From Nitrospirota bacterium (lineage in GTDB: Bacteria > Nitrospirota > Nitrospiria > 2-01-FULL-66-17), in the NCBI GenBank assembly GCA_049325335.1, contig JBMOMC010000006.1:64001-128000 (forward strand): a DNA stretch of 64,000 nt. Reading direction: 5' to 3'. The position numbers and the translations under genes were made by a program. Under the pieces are notes generated by a model that worked only from the letters and a program-made list of their open reading frames with translations, was not told the DNA's origin and did no database searches. Positions within the stretch are counted from its first letter, which is position 1; the number at the start of each line of letters is the position of its first letter. Of this stretch, positions 26,774 through 39,370 are shown piece after piece.

Positions 26774-29153
26774 ACGACTGCAGGAGCTCTTCGAGCGCGA
26801 GGGGCTCTCCTCGTTCCTGCCGTACGAGGCCTATGACCCGGAGACCGGAGTCTTTCTGGTCGAGCACGGCGCCGGGGTGGTCTTTGAGTGCCTGCCGCGC
26901 TGCGGCGTGGGGATGGAGACGATCCAGGTGCTGGAGGCGCTCTATGCCGCGACCTTCCTACCGCCGGGCACCGCCATTCAGGTGATGCTCTACGCCTCGC
27001 CCTCGGTGGGGTCGTTGCTCGCGCTCTGGAGCCAGGCGCGCGGGACCGGTCCCTTGTTCGCGCGTATGGCGCAGCAGCGGATCGATCTCCTGCGTGGCCG
27101 GTCCTCGGGGGAGGGCGATGCGGGGCTCGGGCCCGCGCCGGTCCGCGACTTCCGGCTCCTGGTGAGCGTGACCGTGCCGGCGAATCACAACGGATCGGGC
27201 TCGTTGACCGATCGAGCCGGCGAACTGTTCACCAAGGTCGAGGGCCTCCTTCAGTCCATGCACCTCTTTCCCCGCAAGCTCTCGGCGCACGGCCTGATCG
27301 GCCTGGTCTTCGAGCTGCTCAATCCTTGCCATCCGGTCGAGCGGCTTCCGGTGTGGGACGAGTCGGCTCCGCTGGGCGAGCAGATGGTGTTCGCGGACAG
27401 CCCGCTGCGACTGGAGCCCGCGCATCTCGCGCTCGACGGCCGGGTCATCAAGAGCCTGTCGGTCAAGCAGTACCCCCAGGAGGCGAGCCTGGCCACCATG
27501 AACCAGGTGATCGGCGACGGCTTGAAAGGGATGGACCAGATCCCCACGCCGTTCTGCCTGACACTGAACGCCCTGGTCCTGGATCTCGACAAGGACGTGA
27601 AGGCCATCGAGGCCAAGGCTGGCCTGGTGACTTACCAATCGCTCGGCGTGCTGGCGCGCATTCTGCCCAAGATCCATGAAAAGAAGGAGCACTTCGACGT
27701 GCTGCTGAAAGGCCTCGGCAACGGTCGCCGGCTGATCAAGGCCTACCTGCACCTGGCCCTGTATGGAAGCGAGGTGCAGAGCCTCGATCAGGTCGCCCAG
27801 CAGGTAGTGGGCCTGTTTCGCAAGCAGGGGTTCATCCTGCAGGAGGATCACTTCATCACATTGCCCCTCCTGCTCGCGAGCCTGCCGATGGGCCTCGGCG
27901 CCGAGCACGAGAAGAAACTGCTCAAGCGCGCCAAGACCGTTCTGTCGTCCAACGCCGCGTTCCTCTCGCCGGTCTGCGCAGACTGGAAAGGCACTGGCTC
28001 GCCCGCGCTGCTGCTGATCTCCCGGCGCGGCCAGGTCATGCTGCTCGACCTGTTCGACTCGCCCGGCAACTACAACGCGGTGGTGGCGGCCAGTTCCGGA
28101 TCGGGCAAGAGCTTTCTGGTCAACGAGCTCTGCCTGTCCTACCTGGCCGCGGGCGGGCAGGTCTGGGTGATCGACATTGGCCGGAGCTACGCCAAGCTCT
28201 GTCGCCTGTTGGATGGCGACTTCATCGAGTTCCGGCCGGACAACCCGCCGGGCCTGAACCCGTTCTCGCGGGTGAAGGACCTGGACGGCGAGGACACGGA
28301 CCTCGATCTCTTGATCCCGATCATCGGCCAGATGGCCTCGCCCTCCAAGCCGCTCTCGGACTTGGAGCGTTCCTTCATCGAACGGGCGATCCGCAAAGCG
28401 TTCGCCCAGCACCAGCACAAGACCACGATCACGGCGGTGGCCGAGGCGCTGGCAGGAACCGACGATGCCCGAGCCAAGGACCTGGCCACCATGCTCTTCC
28501 CCTACACGCGCCGTGGGCGTTACGGCCGGTTCTTCGAGGGCGAGATGACGCTCCGATCGAAGAACCCGTTCGTGGTCCTGGAGCTGGAGGAACTGCGGGG
28601 CAAGGGCGATCTGCGAAGCGTGGTGCTTCTGCTGCTGATCTACTACATCCAGACCGAGATGTACCTGGGCGAGCGCAAGCGCAAAAAGCTCGTGGTGATC
28701 GACGAAGCGTGGGACCTGCTGGGCGAAGGAAACACCGCGAAGTTCATCGAGCACGGCTACCGGCGCTTTCGCAAGTACAACGGAGGCATTGTGACGATCA
28801 CGCAGGGGATCAACGATCTGGCCAAGACCGACGCCGGCCGCGCGGCCTTGGAGAACAGCGACTTTCTGTTCCTGCTACGACAGAAGGCAGAGAGCCTGAT
28901 GGCGCTCAAGGAGACGGGCCGACTCTTGATGGATCAGGCGTTGTTCGAGTTGCTCTCCAGCGTCCACACGGTGCCGGGGCGCTACTCGGAGGTCTTCGTG
29001 CGCACACCGATCGGCGCAGGGATCGGGCGGCTGATGGTGGATCCGTTCACGCACCTGGTCTACACGACCAACCCAGCCGAGTACGCGCGTGTGGAGGCGT
29101 TTCAGAAAGAGGGATTGAGTCTGGTGGAGGCGATCGAGCGATGTCTCGATTGA
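26760..29153 (+). CDS. traC: TraC/VirB4 ATPase
   Basis: FLPYEAYD, NYNAVVAASSGSGKSF, IDIGRSY, IDEAWDLL, RRFRKYNG. Confidence 0.95.
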   Translation: MRRSERLQELFEREGLSSFLPYEAYDPETGVFLVEHGAGVVFECLPRCGVGMETIQVLEALYAATFLPPGTAIQVMLYASPSVGSLLALWSQARGTGPLFARMAQQRIDLLRGRSSGEGDAGLGPAPVRDFRLLVSVTVPANHNGSGSLTDRAGELFTKVEGLLQSMHLFPRKLSAHGLIGLVFELLNPCHPVERLPVWDESAPLGEQMVFADSPLRLEPAHLALDGRVIKSLSVKQYPQEASLATMNQVIGDGLKGMDQIPTPFCLTLNALVLDLDKDVKAIEAKAGLVTYQSLGVLARILPKIHEKKEHFDVLLKGLGNGRRLIKAYLHLALYGSEVQSLDQVAQQVVGLFRKQGFILQEDHFITLPLLLASLPMGLGAEHEKKLLKRAKTVLSSNAAFLSPVCADWKGTGSPALLLISRRGQVMLLDLFDSPGNYNAVVAASSGSGKSFLVNELCLSYLAAGGQVWVIDIGRSYAKLCRLLDGDFIEFRPDNPPGLNPFSRVKDLDGEDTDLDLLIPIIGQMASPSKPLSDLERSFIERAIRKAFAQHQHKTTITAVAEALAGTDDARAKDLATMLFPYTRRGRYGRFFEGEMTLRSKNPFVVLELEELRGKGDLRSVVLLLLIYYIQTEMYLGERKRKKLVVIDEAWDLLGEGNTAKFIEHGYRRFRKYNGGIVTITQGINDLAKTDAGRAALENSDFLFLLRQKAESLMALKETGRLLMDQALFELLSSVHTVPGRYSEVFVRTPIGAGIGRLMVDPFTHLVYTTNPAEYARVEAFQKEGLSLVEAIERCLD

Positions 29154-29509
29154 TCGCCGTTGCGTTATTGAGCGCTGTGCTGGGTGCCGGTGCAGCGGCC
29201 GCTCTTCTCCGATGGGACGTGCCCAGTGCGAAGCAGGACCCAGGGGCTTTTCTAGCCGTTGTGGATTTGGCGAGCATCGTCGAGCGGCAGAGGGCGGCGG
29301 TGATTCGCGTGGCCCGTGATCCTGACTCGGCCGAGTCGATGATGGCCGAGCGGCTGGTGCGCCTCGCGTCCGTCCTCGCCGAGGCAGGCCAGACGCGCGT
29401 GATCTTGAACAAGCCGGCAGTGGTCAGTGGGACCCTGATCGATCTAACTGGGGAGATCGAGGAGCGACTCAAGCGAGAGGGGATCGATGCGCGTGAGCCG
29501 TCGCGTTGA
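29141..29509 (+). CDS. TrbI/TrhZ-like small membrane-anchored transfer protein
   Basis: N-terminal TM, AVVDL, AVVSG..IDLT; located between traC and peptidase. Confidence 0.55.
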   Translation: MSRLIAVALLSAVLGAGAAAALLRWDVPSAKQDPGAFLAVVDLASIVERQRAAVIRVARDPDSAESMMAERLVRLASVLAEAGQTRVILNKPAVVSGTLIDLTGEIEERLKREGIDAREPSR

Positions 29510-29978
29510 GAGGTGGACGGTGCTCGTGTGGACGGTGGTGCTGGTGGTGATCGGGAGCCAAGCCGCTCTGGCGCTGTCCGCGGTCTCACTAGGCATCAAC
29601 CCGACGGCGTCGCAGCCGTATCGCGTGTTCGTGGTGCTGCACGGACGGTCGTTCGGTCGCGATGACCTGGTCGCGTTTCGGTTCGGGGGAAGCCGCTACT
29701 ACCCCGAGGGAACGCTTTTCGTGAAAGTAGTCAAAGGACTGCCGGGCGATCGCCTGGAAATCCGCGAGGACCGGACGGTCTGGCTCGATGGCGTGCGGCT
29801 GGATTCCGTTCGCGCGACCGATAGCAAAGGCCGCACGGTCGAGCCATTTCGGTTCGAGGGCGTGATCCCGGAGGACACGTACTTTCTCTACTCTCCCGCG
29901 CCAAACTCCTACGACAGCCGCTACTACGGTCTGATCGCCAAAAGCCAAATCATAGGGCGAGTCGTGCCGCTCTTGTGA
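29487..29978 (+). CDS. trhF: S26 conjugative signal peptidase (TrhF-like pilin maturase)
   Basis: N.TASQP, FVKVVKGLPGD, NSYDSRYYG. Confidence 0.85.
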   Translation: MRVSRRVERWTVLVWTVVLVVIGSQAALALSAVSLGINPTASQPYRVFVVLHGRSFGRDDLVAFRFGGSRYYPEGTLFVKVVKGLPGDRLEIREDRTVWLDGVRLDSVRATDSKGRTVEPFRFEGVIPEDTYFLYSPAPNSYDSRYYGLIAKSQIIGRVVPLL

Positions 29979-29988
29979 GGTCTAAGCG

Positions 29989-30636
29989 ATGAGCCGAAAT
30001 GGGAAGAAGGTTGCGGCTCGGCTAGGGATCGTGGCGGCGAGCCTTCTAGCGCTACTGATCGCAGGCAGTTCGCTGAGGGATGTGGGCGCAGGCTCCGCTG
30101 GATACGCTGACCGCCTCGGTCCCACATACCCGATTCTGGAACCGGACTGGAGCACTTGGCTGCCCGCGCAGATGCAGAAGCGCTTAGAAAAGCAGTCCCT
30201 GGGCCTCCCGCGGGACCGAGTCCGTTCCGCCCTTCGCCGGCAGGACCGCGACCTTGATCTGCCAGAGGCGATGACGCCAAGGACCTATACCGTCGATCCC
30301 ACCGTTAGAGTGCCGCGCCCAGCGACGGATCTCGTCGGTCGTAACCTTGCTGCTGGCGAGGCCCTCAATCCGATGAGCTACTTGGCGGGTTTCCGGCCGA
30401 TCCTAATCATTGACGGCGGCAAGGACCGACACGTCCAGTGGGCCAAGCGAATCCTGGCCAGGACGAACTCGATCGTGCTCGCTCTCTCCGGCGATGTGCC
30501 TGCCCTAAGCGCGCGTCTCGGGGCTCCGGTCTACTTCGCTCCTCCGCTGTTGCTTGAACGGCTGTCAATCACAAGAGCGCCGGTGGTCGTCTCAGGGGAG
30601 GGCGGCCTTGTGCGAGTTGATGAGGTCGTTCCGTGA
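29989..30636 (+). CDS. traW: TraW-like pilus assembly protein
   Basis: LGPTYPILEPD, RTY.VDPT, G..LNP, IDG....V.WA. Confidence 0.8.
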   Translation: MSRNGKKVAARLGIVAASLLALLIAGSSLRDVGAGSAGYADRLGPTYPILEPDWSTWLPAQMQKRLEKQSLGLPRDRVRSALRRQDRDLDLPEAMTPRTYTVDPTVRVPRPATDLVGRNLAAGEALNPMSYLAGFRPILIIDGGKDRHVQWAKRILARTNSIVLALSGDVPALSARLGAPVYFAPPLLLERLSITRAPVVVSGEGGLVRVDEVVP

Positions 30637-30995
30637 TGGACGGAGATTTACTCCTTGCGACCGTCGATCAACTCGACGGCTATCGGGTCGATTCCTATCA
30701 CGGCGTCATCTCGGTCCACGTGTCCTGCGGGATCAACTTCGTGCGCGGTTGGTTCGTGGCGTTACGTGATCTCGTGGGTGGGAAAGTGGGTACATTCGAG
30801 AACGAAGCCGTCCGCCTCGAGGAACGCGCCAAACGAGAACTCTGGGAGAGGATTCGCCAGATGCCGGACGTCAACGCTGTGATCGGCCTGCAGTTCACCT
30901 ACCACCACATTGGCCAGCAGCGGAAATCCATGCTTGCACTGACTGTGAGTGGGACCGCCTGCCACATTCGAGCTGCAGGTTCTCAGCATCATTGA
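30633..30995 (+). CDS. YbjQ/UPF0145-like (putative heavy-metal-binding) protein
   Basis: T.DQLDGYRV..Y.GVI, LRDLVGG, NAVIGL, ML..VSGTA. Confidence 0.8.
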   Translation: MMDGDLLLATVDQLDGYRVDSYHGVISVHVSCGINFVRGWFVALRDLVGGKVGTFENEAVRLEERAKRELWERIRQMPDVNAVIGLQFTYHHIGQQRKSMLALTVSGTACHIRAAGSQHH

Positions 30996-30997
30996 AT

Positions 30998-32206
30998 TCA
31001 GTACGCCAACACCACTCCCAAGACACCGGTGTGCGTCTTTTCCGGGTGAGTGGCATCGCGAGGCTGCAGGTCGTGGGTGTACTCAGCGAGGAACTTCAGA
31101 TTTCGTAGGTGGTAGTACGTCACGTTGGCGGTCAGGGTGCGACTGTCGAGCGTGGGAAGGTCATTCGACGAGACCTGATTGTACAGCAGCACGCCTGTCC
31201 ACCGGTCGTTGAAGTGGACATCGGCTTCCACGAACCCGCCGTTGTGGGCAACGGCGGGTTCGCCCGGCGTGAACGTAGGGTGATCGTCGTGCCCGAAGAT
31301 CCAGTTGGCCCTCAGGTCGGCCCGTTTTCCGAGTGGTGCATAGAGGTCGGGCCCGTAGCGGACGAATCGATTCGACTGGCCGTTCAGGAGGTCCTCGTCT
31401 TTGCCGTGGTAACCGAACATGCCGACCGTCATCCACGGTATGTCCACGGCGATTCGTGCCATCTGATTCTTGTAGGCGTTGCTATCGAAGTGACCATTGT
31501 TCAACTCCCCGAGTCCATTGCCGTTGGTAACACCCACCATCAAGAATCCGGGGCCCGCCGACCACGTCGTCAGCACCCCCCGGTCGTAGGCGAGTTTAAA
31601 TCCCGGGTCGGTGCCTCCGGAGGCGGTGTTCACGACGTTGGCCGTGTAGATCGAGATGTCCTGAAACGTCAGACGTTGCTCCCGAGGGTAAAACGTGTCC
31701 ATCACCTGGAATTGACCGACCACCGCGTCCCAGTCGTGTCCGCCGAGATTGTTGAAGTACAGGAACGCGTCTTCCAGCCCGACGACTTCGCCACCCTCGG
31801 AGGCGAGAAAGTAAAAGTAGTACGTAAGATCCTTGGCGAGATAGCCGGTGCTGAACAGTTTGAGGGTCAGTGGAGATTCGAAGTCCGTGGTCACCGCGGT
31901 GTCGTTTCGCGCGCGAAAGAACCCGTCCGCGCGGATCGCAAAGGTGGGGCTGGTCGGAAGATTGAGGAGCGGATCACCGGTTTCGACCGCGCGACCCTTC
32001 GGATCCTCACCGGGGAACTGGTAGCCGTTGCCCGCGTAGTCACGACCGAATTCATTGAGCTTGGGGAACGCTACGTGACAGACTGCGCAACTGACGTTAT
32101 ATCGGCGCGCGAAGCCAGGGTTGGCTTCGGCCAGTTCCACACACGCCCCCAGAGATGCGACCAAGATCAGGGCACAGTGGGCGAACCGCCGAAAACCATG
32201 CATCAT
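30998..32206 (-). CDS. Cyc2-like monoheme cytochrome c-porin fusion
   Basis: Signal ..AEA then NPGFARRYNVSCAVCHVAFPKLNEFGRDYAGNGY; amphipathic beta-strand body; C-terminal aromatic residue (LGVVLAY). Confidence 0.8.
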   Translation of the reverse strand: MMHGFRRFAHCALILVASLGACVELAEANPGFARRYNVSCAVCHVAFPKLNEFGRDYAGNGYQFPGEDPKGRAVETGDPLLNLPTSPTFAIRADGFFRARNDTAVTTDFESPLTLKLFSTGYLAKDLTYYFYFLASEGGEVVGLEDAFLYFNNLGGHDWDAVVGQFQVMDTFYPREQRLTFQDISIYTANVVNTASGGTDPGFKLAYDRGVLTTWSAGPGFLMVGVTNGNGLGELNNGHFDSNAYKNQMARIAVDIPWMTVGMFGYHGKDEDLLNGQSNRFVRYGPDLYAPLGKRADLRANWIFGHDDHPTFTPGEPAVAHNGGFVEADVHFNDRWTGVLLYNQVSSNDLPTLDSRTLTANVTYYHLRNLKFLAEYTHDLQPRDATHPEKTHTGVLGVVLAY

Positions 32207-32345
32207 GTGTTCATCACATACGGTGGGATGATTCACGTGCGCAGCATCATAGGTATCGGTTTCGATCCGTGTCAAGGCGCATCTGTCACCCCGCGACCCG
32301 TCGTCTCGGTTGACACGTCGCACGGTTTGCTGTAAAAACGATCGC

Positions 32346-32708
32346 ATGCGACTCTCGCATACGAGGCTTCGGAAAGCTCCCGTCATCCTGCTCTCGTGTC
32401 TTTTGTTTTTCCAGCTCAGTGGTTTGACCTGCATTCAAGACGCCTCGGCTTCTCCCTTCAACGGGAACGCCTTCGACGTGGTGGCCGCGGTCGGCAATCC
32501 GTCTCCGGAATCCGCGCCCGCTTCGGGCAATGATTTAAATGATTCAGAGGGGAGTCTCCACCACGACTGTCCCTGTCACCATCTCAGTTCTCTTTCGACG
32601 GTGACGATCGAATCCGTGGTGTCTCCGGGTGCGCCCATCGCTCCGGTCTCCTTCTCCACTCCAGAGGATCTTCCGCAAATCCTGTTTCACCCCCCGCTTC
32701 TTCTGTAG
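32346..32708 (+). CDS. CzcI/DUF2946-like leader protein
   Basis: Signal-like N-terminus, HHDCPCHH, C-terminal LFHPP; precedes czcC-like gene. Confidence 0.65.
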   Translation: MRLSHTRLRKAPVILLSCLLFFQLSGLTCIQDASASPFNGNAFDVVAAVGNPSPESAPASGNDLNDSEGSLHHDCPCHHLSSLSTVTIESVVSPGAPIAPVSFSTPEDLPQILFHPPLLL

Positions 32709-32794
32709 TTCTCCCGATTCCGTAGTCGATTCCTAGCTCCGAAGACTTACTCAACGGCGGTCTGCGTGTCGTGCCGCCAAGGAGGCGTGTTGCA

Positions 32795-34048
32795 GTGCCT
32801 ATTCCACGAGTGATGTTCTGCGCGCTCATCGCGCTGATCGTTTCAAGTATCTTCATCAGATTGTCCACCGCAGAGGAGGGTGGCAAGCGCTATTCCCTGG
32901 AAGAGATCTTGTCCCTTGCCGAACAGCGCAATCCGTCCCTTTCGGTCTTTCAATCGAATGTCGAGGCCGCTCGCGGTGCATTGACTTCCGCGCGCGCGTA
33001 TCCCAATCCCGAAGCCATGGTCGAACTCGGCACCGCCAAGCCACTGGACCCACCAAACGCCGACAGTGGGCGCGAACATCGTCTGGAACTGAGCCAATCC
33101 TTAGAGTGGCCCGGGAAACGAGCGTCTCGCAGACGGGCGGCGGAAGCGCAGGTGGGGGTGGCTCGCGGGAGCCTAGACGACTTCCGGCTGGAACTGCGGG
33201 CTCGGGTCAAGGAAGCTTTTTTTCAGACCGTGCTCGCCCAACACACCGCACAGGTCGCGGCGCAAAATCTGGCAACGGCCCGGAGTCTGGTGGAGTCCGC
33301 CACATTGCGGGTCGAATCGGGTGAAGCGCCTGAGCTGGAATTGATCCGGGCACGAGTGGAAGTCTTCAACGTGACGAGGGAGGCGCGCCGCGCCCACAAT
33401 CGTCTCCTCACCGCCCAAGCTGCGCTCAACAGCTTGCTGGCCGGAGCCTTGGGGGAGATTTTCTATGTGGTTGACGCTCCACCTCGTCTTGATGCCGCGT
33501 ACGAGTTGCCCGCTCTGATCGAACGCGCCCTCGCCGCGCACCCGCTCATCACCCGTCAGGAACATGCCTTGAAGGCGGCCGGGTACACGCTGTCCGAGCA
33601 ACGACTGGCCCGCGTTCCCGATCTCACCGTGACCGGATCGACCGGGGAGGAGATCGACAAACGCTCCTCAGCGATCGGATTGGCACTGGCCGTGCCGCTC
33701 TTCAATCAACGACGCGGTGACATTGCGGTCGCGAGGGCCGAACAGACAAAGGCCCAAGCGGAACTGGCGCAAACGCGCCTCGATCTCACGAAGGAGATTA
33801 CACAAGAGTACGAGAACTATCGCTTGGCAATGGATCAACTCGCCACGTTCGAAGAGGGCTTGCTCAAGCAGGCGGACGAGGCCTTACGCATCGCGCAATT
33901 GAGTTATGAACAAGGCGAACTGGACTTGCTGAACCTGCTGGATGCCCAGCGGGTCCAGCGCGCCACCTTACTCGAATATTACGACGCGCAGTTCGAACTC
34001 CAGACATCCCTCGCACGACTGGAACGCGTGACAGGAGGTTTGCAATGA
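32795..34048 (+). CDS. czcC: TolC/CzcC-family outer membrane factor
   Basis: A...NP.L, YPNPE, VPLFNQRRG, SYEQGE..LL.LLDAQR; ggagg RBS before GTG 32795. Confidence 0.88.
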   Translation: MPIPRVMFCALIALIVSSIFIRLSTAEEGGKRYSLEEILSLAEQRNPSLSVFQSNVEAARGALTSARAYPNPEAMVELGTAKPLDPPNADSGREHRLELSQSLEWPGKRASRRRAAEAQVGVARGSLDDFRLELRARVKEAFFQTVLAQHTAQVAAQNLATARSLVESATLRVESGEAPELELIRARVEVFNVTREARRAHNRLLTAQAALNSLLAGALGEIFYVVDAPPRLDAAYELPALIERALAAHPLITRQEHALKAAGYTLSEQRLARVPDLTVTGSTGEEIDKRSSAIGLALAVPLFNQRRGDIAVARAEQTKAQAELAQTRLDLTKEITQEYENYRLAMDQLATFEEGLLKQADEALRIAQLSYEQGELDLLNLLDAQRVQRATLLEYYDAQFELQTSLARLERVTGGLQ

Positions 34049-35263
34049 AGTTGGCAAGAGGAGCAGGAGGAACAGTCGCAGTGGCTCTGGTGTGGTTGGT
34101 GTTGGGGTGTCAGTCGCCTGCTTCCCAACCGGAGGCCGGGAAACAGGCCGAGCAAGCCGCGTCCCATCAGGACGAGCATGCTGAGGACGGGCATGCGGAG
34201 TCTGAGGAACGGGGAGGGCTCATCACGTTGAGCCCTCAAGCCCAACAGCTCGCCGGGATCACGGTTGAAGAGGTCGCCCGGCGGTCCTTACAGCGCGAGG
34301 TGCGATTGCCGGGCACGATCCAGGCTAACCAGAACCGACTTGCGCATGTCGGCCCCCGGATTCAAGGCCGTGTCGTGGTGGTGTCGGCGGGATTGGGCGA
34401 CCGCGTGGAATCGGGCGCAACGCTGGCGATGATCGACAGCCCTGAATTGGGCCAAGCCGAATCCGACTTCGTGACCGCCCGAGCGAAGTTCGTCGTTGCC
34501 GAGAAGGCGTACGAACGGGCCAAGACCCTGCTCGATGGCAAAGTGATCGGCACGGGCGAATTTCAGCGACGCGAGGGCGACTATCTGGCGAGCAAGGCCG
34601 AAGCGCAGGCCGCGGAAGACCGACTGCGGCTGTTGGGCTTGGAGGATCCGGAGATCGCCGATGTGAGCGGCACCCGATCGGTGCGATCCCAGGTCGCGAT
34701 CACCGCACCGCTGACCGGAACCGTCGTTGACCGGGACGTCACGCTGGGGGAGGTGGTCGAGCCGGCGAAAACGCTGTTTACCATCGCTGATCTGTCGGCG
34801 CTCTGGGGCGTGGCGGATATTTCGGAACGAGATCTGCCCACCGTCAAGAAGGGCTTGCCCGCCAAGGTCTCGGTCTCCGCGTATCCCCGTGAAGTGTTTT
34901 CGGGGAAGGTCACGTACATCTCCGATATCCTCGACCCCTCGTCGCGTACGGCGAAAGTCCGGGTCGAGATCGACAATGCGCGTGGGAAACTCAAACCCGA
35001 GATGTTTGCCACGTTTGTGATCCTGACCGAGGAAACCGAGGGCGTCCTCAGCGTCCCCGAACACGCGGTCCAACGGGACGGAGGCAACACGATCGTCTTT
35101 GTCTCCCAGGACGCGGGTTTTGAAAAACGCCTGGTTGAACTCGGGCCCGAACAACAAGGGTACTACCCGATCCAGTCGGGCCTCAAAGCGGGAGAGATCG
35201 TCGTCACAAAAGGCGCTTTCGTCCTCAAGTCCGAATCCGAGCGCGGGCAGATGGAGGAGGGCC

Positions 35264-35274
<11 letters not shown>
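34045..35274 (+). CDS. czcB: CzcB-family RND periplasmic adaptor with His-rich ends
   Basis: LGC lipobox, HQDEHAEDGH, IDSPELG.A, LKPEMF, C-terminal GHGH. Confidence 0.88.
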
Positions 35275-38433
<3,159 letters not shown>

Positions 38434-38437
<4 letters not shown>

Positions 38438-38802
38438 AAGAGGTCAAAGCCTATATTCGCCACCACATGGTGAACCGGGTCATCGAGGCCTTGGAGGGCG
38501 CCGGGTTTGCAGACATGACTTTGATCGACGTCCAGCGGATCGCCAAAGGGGTCTCCACTCCCGAGGACAGGTATTCGCTTGAACTGGCGGAACAATACAT
38601 GGATGTCCTGCGCCTGGAACTGGTGTGCCGCGATCAGGACGCAGTCACGGTGGTTGACATCATCGAACGGACGGCTCGAACCGGACGGCGAGGGGACGGG
38701 CTGATCGCCGTAATCCCGGTGGAGACGGTCGTCCGAATCAGTACCGGCGAGCGCGGTGACGCGGCGCTCAGACCGGACGCGAGTCATGAATCGGATGCGT
38801 AA
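38434..38802 (+). CDS. P-II family protein associated with czc operon
   Basis: MKEVKAYIR, ARTGRRGDGLI, VRISTGERGDAAL; ATGA overlap. Confidence 0.85.
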
Positions 38803-39342
38803 ATGCGGCTCATAAACGGCCGACACCTGTTGAGATCGATTGGCATTTTGGTGTTCTCGATGGCAATCGGCCCCGCTGTCCTGGCGTTCGCCGTCGTCTA
38901 TTACGAGTGGACCGATGACGCCGGGGTGATTCACCTGACGGACGACGTGTCAAAGATCCCTTCAAAGTATCGAGGGCGCGTTCAAGAAGTCACCGTCCCC
39001 GACACGCAACCCTCCCCTGAGACCCAACCCTCTGATCCGCCGCAACCGTCCAGTCCACCGTCTACTCGCACCGAGGATCTCGATTCGAATGGACACAACA
39101 GGCAGTGGTGGCAGCAACGCGTCCAGGAATGGCGCGGTCGAAAAGCGACCGCGGAACAGAACCTCGCCGAGGCCCGAAACCGATATAACCGTCTCTATTC
39201 AAGACATGAACCCCTTGGCGGCGTCCGACAAGAGATCAGGCAGTATGAAATGGACATTCGTGAGGCGGACCGCATGATCGACGACGTCATTCCGGAAGAA
39301 GCGCGCAAGGCCGGGGCGCCGCCCGGATGGTTACGGGACTGA
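38803..39342 (+). CDS. DUF4124-like exported protein
   Basis: Signal, YEWTDDAGVIHLTDD...IP.KY, C-terminal EEARKAGAPPGWLR. Confidence 0.7.
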   Translation: MRLINGRHLLRSIGILVFSMAIGPAVLAFAVVYYEWTDDAGVIHLTDDVSKIPSKYRGRVQEVTVPDTQPSPETQPSDPPQPSSPPSTRTEDLDSNGHNRQWWQQRVQEWRGRKATAEQNLAEARNRYNRLYSRHEPLGGVRQEIRQYEMDIREADRMIDDVIPEEARKAGAPPGWLRD

Positions 39343-39370
39343 GCAGTTTGGGAAGAGGAGCCGGTGCGCG

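Noticed and set aside
26958..28754. Long antisense ORFs (e.g. 598 aa opposite traC; similar ones opposite res, czcB, the helicase)
   Set aside because: Expected shadows of GC-rich coding strands; no motifs
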